From a virus: a stretch of 38,364 nucleotides of DNA. Numbering within the stretch: the stretch's first letter is position 1; the number at the start of each line of letters is the position of its first letter. Shown here piece by piece: positions 1-9,497 of the stretch. A program made the position numbers and the translations under genes. Under the pieces are notes generated by a model that was not told the DNA's origin, did not search any database, and worked only from the letters and a program-made list of their open reading frames with translations. Location of the stretch: IMG/VR virus record IMGVR_UViG_3300027826_000006, one strand, 5' to 3'.

Positions 1-21
1 CGCGCGAATATTCCATACATC

Positions 22-987
22 ATGGGAGAGGCGATTGAAAGTGGCAGACCACCACAGGGTCGCCGCGATGTTATTGACGATTCATTGCGCGGTGCTGCCA
101 AGTTCAATGACCTGTACTACAACAAAGTGATTGAACCAATGAAGGACGTTAAGATTGGGTGGGCCAACACGTCGAAGATTCCTAACTATCAAGGTCAGTC
201 CGACGCCGAAGGAAATATCACCCTCGGTCAACTCGACAAACGACTTGGCGTAATCAATGCTACTCTCAACCCGCGATTTGAAAAGAGCGGAATGGCGTCG
301 ATAGCCTCGCTCAATGCCGAGACTATTCAATCTTTGCAAGCTGAAGCGGCGCAAATCAGAAATGTCCTCTATCCCATGTTGCAAGATGGCATTGGGAACC
401 GATTGGGCATAGATGTGGCCGATGTTAAGTCTCGCGCACAGCAGATGAAAGATATTGCCGACTACATGGAGGAAAGCTGGCAGGCTACTCGCCGCCGTGC
501 ATTTACACCTGTTGGCGACGAATCTTCAATGTACCGCGCAACCGAACGCGGCATTGTGAAGTTAACACGCGCAACATTCGGCGACCCGCGCGATGCCGAT
601 ATCCGCCATGGTTGGGCTGCCTTGATGAATTCCGGTATTGAGCCTAAGTTGCCGGGTATGCGCAGTGCTGCTTTGCCGCCGCCACCTACCAACATTATGG
701 TTGAGCGCCACCCAAGCTGGAAAATCAATATTGCCGACGCAGCCGAGGCGGTTAATGCTCGCCCAACTGGCGTTCGCACAGCCGAAGACATTAGCCATCA
801 GCCAGATGAGGTGGCGGCACAGAAGGCCAAGATTGAAAAGCGCGCGGATGAAGTGTTGGCCGCCCGTGCTCGCGCCATAAAGAAGGCGGCAGAGGAATCC
901 ATGCAAACGCCATACCAGCGCACCGCAGGCCCAGATATCGGCGAAGGGGAAGAGGCACCAGACTTCAACCGTGAAATGGAACACTAA
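22..987 (+). CDS. hypothetical protein (321 aa); ATG at 22, so the gene may extend beyond the window edge
   Basis: Long ORF; immediately followed by a coupled downstream ORF (stop TAA 985-987, ATG 988); no recognisable motif. Confidence 0.5.
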   Translation: MGEAIESGRPPQGRRDVIDDSLRGAAKFNDLYYNKVIEPMKDVKIGWANTSKIPNYQGQSDAEGNITLGQLDKRLGVINATLNPRFEKSGMASIASLNAETIQSLQAEAAQIRNVLYPMLQDGIGNRLGIDVADVKSRAQQMKDIADYMEESWQATRRRAFTPVGDESSMYRATERGIVKLTRATFGDPRDADIRHGWAALMNSGIEPKLPGMRSAALPPPPTNIMVERHPSWKINIADAAEAVNARPTGVRTAEDISHQPDEVAAQKAKIEKRADEVLAARARAIKKAAEESMQTPYQRTAGPDIGEGEEAPDFNREMEH

Positions 988-1221
988 ATGGACAGTCCCG
1001 AAGATTACTTCTTCGATATAGATGTCGATATGATTGGGGCGCTGCGCGTCGATCAAGATCGCGTCCACGTTTACTTGTCCGAATGGTCTACACTAACCTT
1101 TAGCCAAGACGCGCTGGATGCGCTGGCTAGAACTCTGGAGCCATACAGGAATCGCCATGATTTGGGAACGCAAGGAACTGTGCCTGTTAGTGGAAGCGGA
1201 AGCGCTCAAGCAGGAGATTGA
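988..1221 (+). CDS. hypothetical small protein (77 aa), overlaps the next ORF
   Basis: ATG abuts the upstream stop; overlaps 1118..1621 in another frame, so one of the two may be spurious. Confidence 0.3.
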   Translation: MDSPEDYFFDIDVDMIGALRVDQDRVHVYLSEWSTLTFSQDALDALARTLEPYRNRHDLGTQGTVPVSGSGSAQAGD

Positions 1222-1621
1222 CCCAGCGCTATGCGCGGCCATAGTCGAAGTTGTCTCCGAGTGGCAACCTAACCGCATCTCTGTGCTGTCTGACGACGAT
1301 CTACACCTGCAACCCAGCGCTTTCCCCACCAAGGCAGGAGAAATGGCGCTGATGGCCTCTCGGATAGGTTTGTTCCAGTTTCAAGGCGCGCAGGCGCGAC
1401 ATCTTGACTACAAGCAAGGACTGGACGATCTGCTATTACCTACTACTAATCTAGAAATTGGGATAAAGCTACTCAAGAGAAGTCTGGAACAGGCCGGTCG
1501 CGCCGTAGATCGCGCCTTGCTGATTATGTACGGCTATTCGATTGTCCCGATGATTCCTAAGATCGCGATGAAGGTGAAGGCATTCCGCGAGCTATTCCTG
1601 ACTCGGCCCGATGTCCATTAA
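1118..1621 (+). CDS. possible SLT-like (lytic transglycosylase-like) domain protein
   Basis: Motifs VVSEWQPNRIS ... GLFQFQGAQARHLDY ... LPTTNLEIGIKLL resemble the SLT pattern E-S..P.A.S..GA.GLMQ; weak. Confidence 0.35.
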   Translation: MRWLELWSHTGIAMIWERKELCLLVEAEALKQEIDPALCAAIVEVVSEWQPNRISVLSDDDLHLQPSAFPTKAGEMALMASRIGLFQFQGAQARHLDYKQGLDDLLLPTTNLEIGIKLLKRSLEQAGRAVDRALLIMYGYSIVPMIPKIAMKVKAFRELFLTRPDVH

Positions 1622-1625
1622 ATGG

Positions 1626-2669
1626 TCACAGTTCCCGCCCAGAGACCCAGATCGAATCCGGGTCAGCTTCCCAGCGATTGTTGCGATGCTCAAAGTGCAG
1701 GCTACGCATGGGGATAACCCAATGCTCTTTGTTGTGAGTCATGGTTATGGTAACCAGATCGCCGATTGTGGATTTGATTACCCCAAGACCTTTATTTTTG
1801 ACGCTCACCCGCTCGCCCACGTCGAGTGATGGCTTAGATATGGTTTGCGCTTGTTGTGCCCGGTCAACGATTTGGGCTATGGCGGCATGATTGTAGCCAG
1901 ACTCCGGCGAATAGACGAGAACTGACGGCGCGGAGTCTTCGAGCACTTCTATTTTGGTCTGTATTAACCCCTCGGGGTCGGCAATGCTGGGGCCAAGCAT
2001 CCGCTTTTCCTTTTTGGATGGCTGAAAATACACATCTACGCCATATTCGGTCAGCGTTGTGATCTCCTGTTCGACTTCGCGCATACTCCACGGCAGTTCC
2101 TTCAGCCTGAAAGTAAGATTCTTGGGATAGGCAAACTGCGCGCGGTAGCCTAATTCGTGCTCACAAATTTTTCCCCAGAGATAGATATCGCCATGAACTC
2201 GATCATCACCAATGGCGTCCCAATAGCCGTGCTTTTTAAGGTGCTCGAAATCCTTGGCCGCATAAATGCCACAGGAGCAATTCTCTCCCGGTGCTTGATG
2301 TCCCAATTCAGGCTCCCGCATCTCCATGGCGATACCTACACCGACGCAATGCATGCAGGCTTTTGTATTGGCCACCATGGGCACGCGCGGATGCCAGTAA
2401 GTATTATTGAGGGAATATAGCCCTCGATTCACACCCGATGGAGTTATGTGCCAAGTCGGATTGACGCCATTCGCGCTCCACTTCCATGTGCGGTGAGCAA
2501 TGAATGGCTCTACATAATCAGGAATGATGTTCTTCATGGCAGCGCTGGAACCTGTTCCGGCTCTTTCTCTGGGACGACAACTGGCTCCGGTTCCGGTGCT
2601 GGTTGACTGATCGGCAGGTGAAGCGGCTCCACCACAATGGTGCGCTTGGGTTCGCCTATTTCCATACAA
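1626..2669 (-). CDS. hypothetical Cys/His-rich protein (motifs CMHCVGVG, NCSCGIYAAK); true start may be the internal ATG near 2536 (MKNIIPDY)
   Basis: 347-aa ORF; the track start is a TTG and the N-terminus is low-complexity; first gene of the coupled minus-strand operon. Confidence 0.5.
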   Translation of the reverse strand: MYGNRRTQAHHCGGAASPADQSTSTGTGASCRPRERAGTGSSAAMKNIIPDYVEPFIAHRTWKWSANGVNPTWHITPSGVNRGLYSLNNTYWHPRVPMVANTKACMHCVGVGIAMEMREPELGHQAPGENCSCGIYAAKDFEHLKKHGYWDAIGDDRVHGDIYLWGKICEHELGYRAQFAYPKNLTFRLKELPWSMREVEQEITTLTEYGVDVYFQPSKKEKRMLGPSIADPEGLIQTKIEVLEDSAPSVLVYSPESGYNHAAIAQIVDRAQQAQTISKPSLDVGERVSVKNKGLGVIKSTIGDLVTITMTHNKEHWVIPMRSLHFEHRNNRWEADPDSIWVSGREL

Positions 2670-3300
2670 TTACCTCTCTCTCATTACGTCCACCAAGATA
2701 AGCGAAAATCTCCGACTTGGCAACAGTTTTTGTCTTGACTTTGCCATTTTGGCTGAAGCGCTTGGCGAACCATTCCGCCTTGGCTTTATCGAGCGTATAG
2801 GAGATGCCGTGGGCATTCTTCCCCGGCTGATAGCCGCGATAGATCGTCAATTTCTCCGGCAGCTTGGCGAACTCGGCCCGGTCTTCTTCGTCCATGAAAT
2901 ATTCGCGACCGGGGCGCTTGGACTTCAGCAGGCGCAGCCATACATGGAATCTGTGGCCGATATTTTCGGAATCAATCCAGACTGACCCCAATAGCTTCCA
3001 ATACTCCTGATCGGTCAACTTGGGTTCAATGGCCTGAAACGCATCCAGCCGATAGGGCCGCTCATGCAACCAGATGTATTGACTCCAGTTATGCTTCTTG
3101 GTGGCCAATTCGATTTGCTTCCGCTTCTCGCGCAGCATTTGGTTGGCCCACGCATTCAATTGCTCATGGTGGGGAACCATGTAGACCAGTGGATGGCGGA
3201 TGCAGGTGCCCAGACGGGGCAATTCCTCTCTGTATTGCTCCAGTTCGGCACACAGTAGCTCCTGCTTCTCTAATAGGTTTTTGCAGTCAATGGCGATCAT
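2656..3300 (-). CDS. hypothetical protein (214 aa)
   Basis: ATG at 3300..3298 verified; end overlaps the downstream gene start. Confidence 0.55.
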   Translation of the reverse strand: MIAIDCKNLLEKQELLCAELEQYREELPRLGTCIRHPLVYMVPHHEQLNAWANQMLREKRKQIELATKKHNWSQYIWLHERPYRLDAFQAIEPKLTDQEYWKLLGSVWIDSENIGHRFHVWLRLLKSKRPGREYFMDEEDRAEFAKLPEKLTIYRGYQPGKNAHGISYTLDKAKAEWFAKRFSQNGKVKTKTVAKSEIFAYLGGRNEREVIVWK

Positions 3301-3460
3301 GGCTAATTGGACGCGGATTCAAAGGCGAGGGATTCTCTTTCTTCGTCAGCTTCCCGTGAAAAGCGTTCCATGTCCGCCTCGCAGGCACCGCATAACCCAA
3401 GCGTCCCCGGCCCGTCATATCCGCAATATGCGCATTCATTTCCCATTTCTGTGTTCCAGA

Positions 3461-4012
3461 TCATGCTGCTTCTCCCATAGCTTCGATGACGGAATCGAAG
3501 GCAGTAATTGAATCTTCGAGCAGGTATGCGCCAGTGCTGGCCATGGACTTGTGCCCAGCCGTCATTCTGAGGCTTTCAATCCCGGCCCCGGCCTTGCGTG
3601 CCTGCATCAATCGACTGTGCTTCAGGACGTGGGGGAAGCACAGACGCCGGGGAATTCCCGCCGCCTTGCCATACTTTCGCATAATGTACGAAAAGTGGTC
3701 GCGGCCCGTGCGCGCCGATGCTCCGGCAGGCAAGGGGAAGATCGGCCCCGGTGGGCAGGCTTCCAGCAATGTCTTTTCATCCATCAGCGGGTCATCCGGG
3801 CGCGATACAAGCCGCTGATCGGTCGCATATGACCCCTTGAGCCGTTTAATGGCGATAATGCCGCCCTCAATGTGCTCCCGCCGCAACATATACGCCTCTG
3901 AGGCGCGCAATGCATGCAGGTACGTCACCAGAATCAATAGGTGATCTTGCGCGCTCTCTTTTTGGGCCGCGCCTAGAAGGGCGCGCACCTGTTCATGGGT
4001 CATGTGTTTCAT
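3461..4012 (-). CDS. tyrosine recombinase (phage integrase family) catalytic-domain-only protein
   Basis: Motifs HALRASE (box I Arg), CFPHVLKHS (H-x-x-R), GHKSMASTGAYL (His and Tyr nucleophile) match the XerD/integrase C-terminal domain; only 183 aa, no N-terminal DNA-binding domain. Confidence 0.6.
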   Translation of the reverse strand: MKHMTHEQVRALLGAAQKESAQDHLLILVTYLHALRASEAYMLRREHIEGGIIAIKRLKGSYATDQRLVSRPDDPLMDEKTLLEACPPGPIFPLPAGASARTGRDHFSYIMRKYGKAAGIPRRLCFPHVLKHSRLMQARKAGAGIESLRMTAGHKSMASTGAYLLEDSITAFDSVIEAMGEAA

Positions 4013-4215
4013 GGTTTATTACCGGCGAATAGCTCCGGGTTCCCCCATCTCTTGCCGCCCCACTCGATTATGCGCTGGGGCAGGTCAATGTGGCCGTATT
4101 CGTACATTTTGCCGTACAGAATCCCAACAAAAGACCCCGGCGATACGAATGTCTTGTGACCATCCCACCAATTCTGTGGATGCCAAAATTCGGCAGGACG
4201 TGCCATGCTCCTCAT
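4009..4215 (-). CDS. hypothetical small protein (68 aa)
   Basis: 4-nt overlaps with both neighbouring genes (translational coupling). Confidence 0.4.
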   Translation of the reverse strand: MRSMARPAEFWHPQNWWDGHKTFVSPGSFVGILYGKMYEYGHIDLPQRIIEWGGKRWGNPELFAGNKP

Positions 4216-4553
4216 TGCTTCAACTCCCAGAACTTGGCATGCAGGTTGCGGATGAATACGCGGCCCTCTTCACCCATCGGCCCGTCGAACTTCTCAATTG
4301 ACCGCTGACAAAGCCCATCGCTGTCGCCCGCATCAATCAGCGCCGCGCAGGTGGCGCAGGCCGCCCAAAGGTTATCCGTGCCCAAGTTCAACTTGCGGCC
4401 CAGTAATTGGACTTCCATAGTGAATTCGGGGCAGGGGTAACCCTTCACAATTGGCGTCTCACTACAGAAGTCACAAACTTCTGTCCCCGGCTCCGGGGAT
4501 AAAGTGAGGGTGAGTTTCCCATCAACTTCGGTGATCTTTTCTTTTACGGTCAC
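4212..4553 (-). CDS. hypothetical Cys-rich protein (113 aa)
   Basis: ORF with CDFC...C...CATC cysteine pattern; coupled to neighbours. Confidence 0.5.
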   Translation of the reverse strand: MTVKEKITEVDGKLTLTLSPEPGTEVCDFCSETPIVKGYPCPEFTMEVQLLGRKLNLGTDNLWAACATCAALIDAGDSDGLCQRSIEKFDGPMGEEGRVFIRNLHAKFWELKQ

Positions 4554-4867
4554 GCTGCTACTCCCTGTCTGCCCGCATAGCGCGGGAGAAAGAAATCCTT
4601 CAATTTGCCAGTCTCCCGGTCAATATGACGGCGGATGCCGAATATGTCATGGACGAAATCCGTCTGATCGGCCCGCAGCAATTCGGCTAATTGCAATGGG
4701 CAGCCGTTCGCGTGAACGGCAATCACGTCCATAAGCGTTTCGCGCTGGAACTTGGTGGCTTCTTTATTCGACATAGCGCCGAATGCCTTGTCAGCCACTT
4801 TGACCGCGCGTTCTGCGATGCGTGCGGCCAGCGCATGATCTTCTTTGCTTGCGTTCCAGTTAATCAT
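4550..4867 (-). CDS. hypothetical protein (105 aa)
   Basis: ORF in the coupled operon, 4-nt overlaps. Confidence 0.5.
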   Translation of the reverse strand: MINWNASKEDHALAARIAERAVKVADKAFGAMSNKEATKFQRETLMDVIAVHANGCPLQLAELLRADQTDFVHDIFGIRRHIDRETGKLKDFFLPRYAGRQGVAA

Positions 4868-5172
4868 GCGTGCCCCATTGGCGTGCCAGTGGGCACTAAT
4901 CCGCCCATGGCCTCTTCGAGTGATTTCTTCGTGCGGGCCTGATGGGAATGCACCACGCCAGCTACCATGATGCAGGCAAGGAAATCTGCTGGCATCTGTG
5001 TTTCGGCCACGATCTTATCCATGGCTTCGCGGCAATTCTTCTCGTTCTCCGCATCCTCCGGCGTTTCGGCGTTGGGCATGACTTCCAAGATGATCTGCGC
5101 GGCCACGCGAAGCACGGCCCGATTGTCCACCAAGGGCAGCTTCAGTTCTTTAACTTCAATTTCTGGTTTCAA
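4864..5172 (-). CDS. hypothetical protein (102 aa)
   Basis: ORF in the coupled operon. Confidence 0.5.
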   Translation of the reverse strand: MKPEIEVKELKLPLVDNRAVLRVAAQIILEVMPNAETPEDAENEKNCREAMDKIVAETQMPADFLACIMVAGVVHSHQARTKKSLEEAMGGLVPTGTPMGHA

Positions 5173-5507
5173 TTTGATTCTCCCTCTTCTTTAATGTTTC
5201 CCGGTTCCAAGAATTCGATTCCGGTGATCTGCTGTTCGTCGCTATTTATTGTGAGCCTCGCGACCGTAGCCTCGTTATACCGCGACAACTGGTAATTCAG
5301 GTTTTGCACAATCATGGTGGGCTGCAAGGTGACCATCCACGTGGCTACCTGTGGCAGCTTGGGCAGCAGGTGAAACAATAACCGCGCAATAAGATGACGT
5401 GGCATCTCCATGCGCTCACCCCGGCCCCAATCGAACAGGATTGCGCCATTGCGCTGTTCTACGCGCAGATTGGCTACCTTGGTATTGATTGTCTTAGTCT
5501 GCGTCAT
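5169..5507 (-). CDS. hypothetical protein (112 aa)
   Basis: ORF in the coupled operon. Confidence 0.5.
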   Translation of the reverse strand: MTQTKTINTKVANLRVEQRNGAILFDWGRGERMEMPRHLIARLLFHLLPKLPQVATWMVTLQPTMIVQNLNYQLSRYNEATVARLTINSDEQQITGIEFLEPGNIKEEGESN

Positions 5508-5567
5508 AACCCTCCATCGCTGGCCACGCTTGTTTTCATGGCCAGAGTCGAAAGTTACGCCACGTTC

Positions 5568-6704
5568 TCAATCACAACTGCGTCGGCGACGCCTTTGTTT
5601 TCGATCTTGCGCGGCTGCAACAACTTCGCCAGCGTACTCCTGCAATTCCAGCTTGCGATGCTCATCCTGAGTCTCATTACTGAGCCAGCTTAGGGCATTC
5701 GACCAGCGCCATTTGGTTTGACCCGCAGGCAGCAGTTCAATATCAGGTGATGCGAACTTTTCCACCACATTGACGCCCTCTTCTTTGTTGAGGTTCTTCT
5801 TGACCCAGTTCTGAATGTCATGGGTGGCGATCTTTTCCTCATTCGCCGCCTTGAGCAATCCAAGAGTCTGATTCACGGCTCCCGGCCCCAGAACATTTTC
5901 GGACAAGTCTTTGATTGCCGATGCCATGGTCTGAGTATCCAACGCATAGGTGCGCTCACTCAGGCGAACATTGTCCGGCAATCTCTTGCCCAGATGCACC
6001 TGCTTGAGCACAGATTCGAGCGTCGCGAGATTTGTACACCACATCCGCTCAAGAATCAATGACAATGTGAGATAGCCATCGCCAAAGTCTGAGTCGCCCA
6101 GTTCCGCGCCAATGGCAACCAGTTCGCCGGGGAATGGCTCAAACACATACGGCAAAAAGCACCGCACTTTGATCTTGGTTTGCAGCGCGAATCCATCAAT
6201 CGGACGCGCACCGTATTGCCGGATGGCTCCCACGAATGCCTCAAGCAGTGGTCGCGAGTCCAGACGGCGGAAGTGATCGGACAAGAAACCGCGCGTCTCG
6301 CCCTTCACATTGCGCAGCAAGAAGCGGTCGCCGTTCAGGTGGCCATACAGTTCGGTCAGATTATGGGCAATCAGTTGCTTGCCCCAATCCTTGGCTTGCA
6401 GTTCAGTTAGATAGCGTCCGGGGAAATTGACCCGTTCGGCTGCCTGTCGCAGGGCATGCGGATGGATGGCCAGCGCATCCGCTTTGGTATCAGGGGTGAT
6501 GATGGCCAGACCCTTTTCGCCGCTTTCAAACCGCAGCGCTTTCCCGGCCACGATCATGTCTTGCGGCACATCGTTCTGTACCTGTTCAATGACCCGTTCC
6601 ACTCTGGGAACGGATAGGTGGAACCTCTCATCGAGTCGCCGCTGGAATTCTTTGGCGGAATCCGAGACGGCCACGTTATATTCGCGTGAATCATGGTGAA
6701 TCAT
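5568..6704 (-). CDS. hypothetical protein (378 aa), largest gene of the operon
   Basis: Long ORF, no motif recognised with confidence (a phage/ICE DUF-type protein is possible). Confidence 0.6.
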   Translation of the reverse strand: MIHHDSREYNVAVSDSAKEFQRRLDERFHLSVPRVERVIEQVQNDVPQDMIVAGKALRFESGEKGLAIITPDTKADALAIHPHALRQAAERVNFPGRYLTELQAKDWGKQLIAHNLTELYGHLNGDRFLLRNVKGETRGFLSDHFRRLDSRPLLEAFVGAIRQYGARPIDGFALQTKIKVRCFLPYVFEPFPGELVAIGAELGDSDFGDGYLTLSLILERMWCTNLATLESVLKQVHLGKRLPDNVRLSERTYALDTQTMASAIKDLSENVLGPGAVNQTLGLLKAANEEKIATHDIQNWVKKNLNKEEGVNVVEKFASPDIELLPAGQTKWRWSNALSWLSNETQDEHRKLELQEYAGEVVAAAQDRKQRRRRRSCD

Positions 6705-6737
6705 TGTTTTTCATTTCTCCTAATTCATTTGACAACA

Positions 6738-6947
6738 CTAACTCGGGGAGTAGATGTTATTTATTTCTACGCCGCCATTCATTTCTTCTGGCACATCAAT
6801 GGCCCAGAGTCCATTGTTTACTTCGTCACGTTCTGTTCGGCTGCCAGTGGTCGCGAGTAAGTCAAGAAACTCCTCCGCCTCTTGTGGCGTATAGAATTTG
6901 GTGACGGTACCGCGCGGACTGACAACACTCACCTGTGGCCCATTCAT
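6738..6947 (-). CDS. hypothetical small protein (69 aa)
   Basis: ORF between operon genes. Confidence 0.4.
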   Translation of the reverse strand: MNGPQVSVVSPRGTVTKFYTPQEAEEFLDLLATTGSRTERDEVNNGLWAIDVPEEMNGGVEINNIYSPS

Positions 6948-7213
6948 GCCGCCGCTTTGCCCTTTCTGATCTTCTCAAGTGCCAGATCGGTCAGCGCCTT
7001 GCCCCGGTCGGAAGAATCACTCTCAACCAGTTGCAACGCGCCATCCTCAAGGCGCGTGTCTAATGTCGGATAGATTTCATGCGCCAGTTCCCACGCTTTC
7101 TTTTCCATGGGCCGGAGAAACGCAGCATCGCCGCTGAGTGTATGGTGGGTTTCGTCCTTTTCCAGCGTTGCCAGTGTTTTTTTCATTCGGAATTTTCTCC
7201 GCGTGTTCGGCAT
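6944..7213 (-). CDS. hypothetical protein (89 aa)
   Basis: ORF, 4-nt overlap with the downstream gene. Confidence 0.45.
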   Translation of the reverse strand: MPNTRRKFRMKKTLATLEKDETHHTLSGDAAFLRPMEKKAWELAHEIYPTLDTRLEDGALQLVESDSSDRGKALTDLALEKIRKGKAAA

Positions 7214-7248
7214 GCGCGGCCCGCCTTTTCATTAAAACGCGAATGCGT

Positions 7249-8157
7249 CTACTGTACAGATTGACTCGGGATTTCTTTTGGTTCAATTTCTTTTAATCCC
7301 GCAATTGTCGAAGCCAGTTCCTTGTATTCATGCAGCCACTCTAGCCACCCGGCATAGAGTTGCGGCCCCATGGTTTCTGGTTCCATTGGCTCAAACCAGT
7401 ATTCTGGTTTGTGCGTAAGCCTACAGAACTTCCAAAGCGTATTCAGATAACCGCGCAAATCCTCGCAGCGATCTTTATCGTGCTTGTGAAGTTCACTCCA
7501 CTTGCGCACAGTCAAACCGCGTTCATTCAGAATGCGGTATAGCTGCGTAGTAGTGATCTTGCCCGCTTGGCACTCGCGCGCCTGTAATTGAATCCATCGC
7601 CGGATATGAGCCTCACGCTTCCATTGCGCCCATTGCTGCCCTAGAGTGATTGGCCCGGTGATGATGGAGCCATTTGCTCTCAACTCTTCGGCTGCCCGCA
7701 ATTCGCGCGCGTCATGCTCCCTTCGCCACTCTGTATCGTGGTGCGTCTCAAGTAAAGGATGCTTGGGAGCACGCGGCTTGCCCAGTTTCGCCAATTGCTT
7801 TTCGTATTTGGCAATCAGCTTATCGCGTGCGGATAGCTTAACCTTTGGTTGCGCCCGCTTGATACGTTGCGCTTCCGCCCATGCCCACTGCTCAAGCAAA
7901 TAATGGTTGCGCTCTACCGGGCGAAATTTGCGGATGGCTTGCACGTTCTTGCCCTTGGCATACACTACAAGCATGTCCGGTTTGCCAGTTTCCAGATGCA
8001 ACTGTAGGCCCGCGTCTACTACGTCTAATCCCTTGAGCGAATTGACTAGCAGATCGCGGCGAACAGTGAACGGCAATTCGCCCGCCAGTGGTACGGCAAC
8101 AAAAGGCGCGCGTCCTTTGCGCGCACTCTCAACCATGCTCACAAAGTTTTCAGCCAT
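7249..8157 (-). CDS. hypothetical protein with possible HTH (TTTQLYRILNERGLTVRKWSEL)
   Basis: 302-aa ORF; helix-turn-helix-like segment; basic. Confidence 0.55.
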   Translation of the reverse strand: MAENFVSMVESARKGRAPFVAVPLAGELPFTVRRDLLVNSLKGLDVVDAGLQLHLETGKPDMLVVYAKGKNVQAIRKFRPVERNHYLLEQWAWAEAQRIKRAQPKVKLSARDKLIAKYEKQLAKLGKPRAPKHPLLETHHDTEWRREHDARELRAAEELRANGSIITGPITLGQQWAQWKREAHIRRWIQLQARECQAGKITTTQLYRILNERGLTVRKWSELHKHDKDRCEDLRGYLNTLWKFCRLTHKPEYWFEPMEPETMGPQLYAGWLEWLHEYKELASTIAGLKEIEPKEIPSQSVQ

Positions 8158-8632
8158 GGGTCACCGCTTCCGGCTCCGGCACATCCTCGAACGGGTCATT
8201 GCGAGTTGCGCGAATCAGCGATGGAATGTAATTCTTGGCAACATCCATCATGGCCCGGTTAATGTCTGAATACTCGCCCGTGAGCCAGTACGTCATGCCG
8301 TATTCAGTTGACACCCCGGTTTCAAATTGCCGCAAGAATCGGCGAGTAGCCGCCTTGTTATCGGCGAAATACACACTGAAAAATCCCCACTGGCTATAGT
8401 GGGCGATGAAAGAGCAATGCTGGGTCAGGTGATGATACAGGCGCGAGGTAAACCGCTCACGCTTCAACCCAGACCGCAAAAAGGATTCCCATGCTTTGAG
8501 GGTCAATTCCTTTTCCTTCGCGGTCATAAATTCGCTATCGGTGAATTGATATTGTTTCGTCATTGTTTTTCCTTTTCCAGCACGGCATGCCCGCCCGGTT
8601 TGTGTCCTTTGGGCATGGTGCATCGGAACCAC
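8150..8632 (-). CDS. hypothetical protein (start possibly the internal ATG, MTKQYQF, near 8563)
   Basis: ORF in the operon. Confidence 0.5.
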   Translation of the reverse strand: MVPMHHAQRTQTGRACRAGKGKTMTKQYQFTDSEFMTAKEKELTLKAWESFLRSGLKRERFTSRLYHHLTQHCSFIAHYSQWGFFSVYFADNKAATRRFLRQFETGVSTEYGMTYWLTGEYSDINRAMMDVAKNYIPSLIRATRNDPFEDVPEPEAVTHG

Positions 8633-8760
8633 TGTTTCCCGTCAGTAGCAAACGGATGATTGCACAACTCAGTTGTGCTTGGTTCTGCGAGGTGCGGGAC
8701 GTGTTTACACACACCCCGCGCCCGAAAGTCTAGGCAGTTGTGCGGACAGGTCATGGTCAA
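8560..8760 (-). CDS. small Cys/His-rich protein (66 aa)
   Basis: CPHNC...CKH...C..H..C pattern. Confidence 0.35.
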   Translation of the reverse strand: MTMTCPHNCLDFRARGVCKHVPHLAEPSTTELCNHPFATDGKQWFRCTMPKGHKPGGHAVLEKEKQ

Positions 8761-9149
8761 TCTCCGAACCAGAAGTGACGCGCATACTCAAGCATGGTGT
8801 CATCCTCTTCCGAGGTGGTTTCGGCCTTTGTCCATGGCGTACCCCAGTCCTGATACTCAAACCGCGCGGACGTGGGCTGCCCATAGGAATCAAGATCGCC
8901 CACAATACGCGAAGCAGGCCCGCCAGTTCCCAAAAGCAATTCATATTCAGTCGGCTTGGCAGCATCGCTATCGCCCGGTTGATACCAGTCGGAACGTACC
9001 TGTACGCTCAAGGGGTCTTCTTGGATTCGCGAATCATCGCCGGACTTTTCCGCTTCATCCAACATCTCGCGCAAGGTTTCAATTGCCCCATGCGCGTATT
9101 CATTCGTGACTTGCTGGAAGTCCTTTTCTTCTTTCTTTTTGGATTTCAT
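8757..9149 (-). CDS. acidic hypothetical protein (130 aa)
   Basis: ORF; acidic C-terminal half. Confidence 0.5.
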   Translation of the reverse strand: MKSKKKEEKDFQQVTNEYAHGAIETLREMLDEAEKSGDDSRIQEDPLSVQVRSDWYQPGDSDAAKPTEYELLLGTGGPASRIVGDLDSYGQPTSARFEYQDWGTPWTKAETTSEEDDTMLEYARHFWFGD

Positions 9150-9239
9150 TTTTTCCCTTCCACTGTGGGCTAGATGCCCTACCGTGAAGTTTCTGTATTA
9201 CACTCAATTAGATACGCTGGCCAGCGCGGGGATTCTTTT

Positions 9240-9497
9240 TTAATCCTCTTCCGCATAGGCGGATTCAATACGCTGATTGCAATGGGCACAGAATAGCGCG
9301 GGGTCTTCGTAATTCACATCATACCCGTCTATCCTCCATCCATCACCCTGCCCGCCCTCATGTACCGGATTGCTGGGGTCATTGGCACAATCAGGACATA
9401 GCGCCTCGCCGTCGTCCATCAAATAGAAGATCGGATAGCCACCCGGCCAAGCGTATTTATGCAGCTTGCCGTCATCGTGACGCGGTAGATTAGTCAT
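9240..9497 (-). CDS. small zinc-ribbon protein (CPDC ... CAHC)
   Basis: Start refined to the ATG at 9497..9495, which overlaps the upstream TGA stop (ATGA coupling); four-Cys ribbon. Confidence 0.5.
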   Translation of the reverse strand: MTNLPRHDDGKLHKYAWPGGYPIFYLMDDGEALCPDCANDPSNPVHEGGQGDGWRIDGYDVNYEDPALFCAHCNQRIESAYAEED

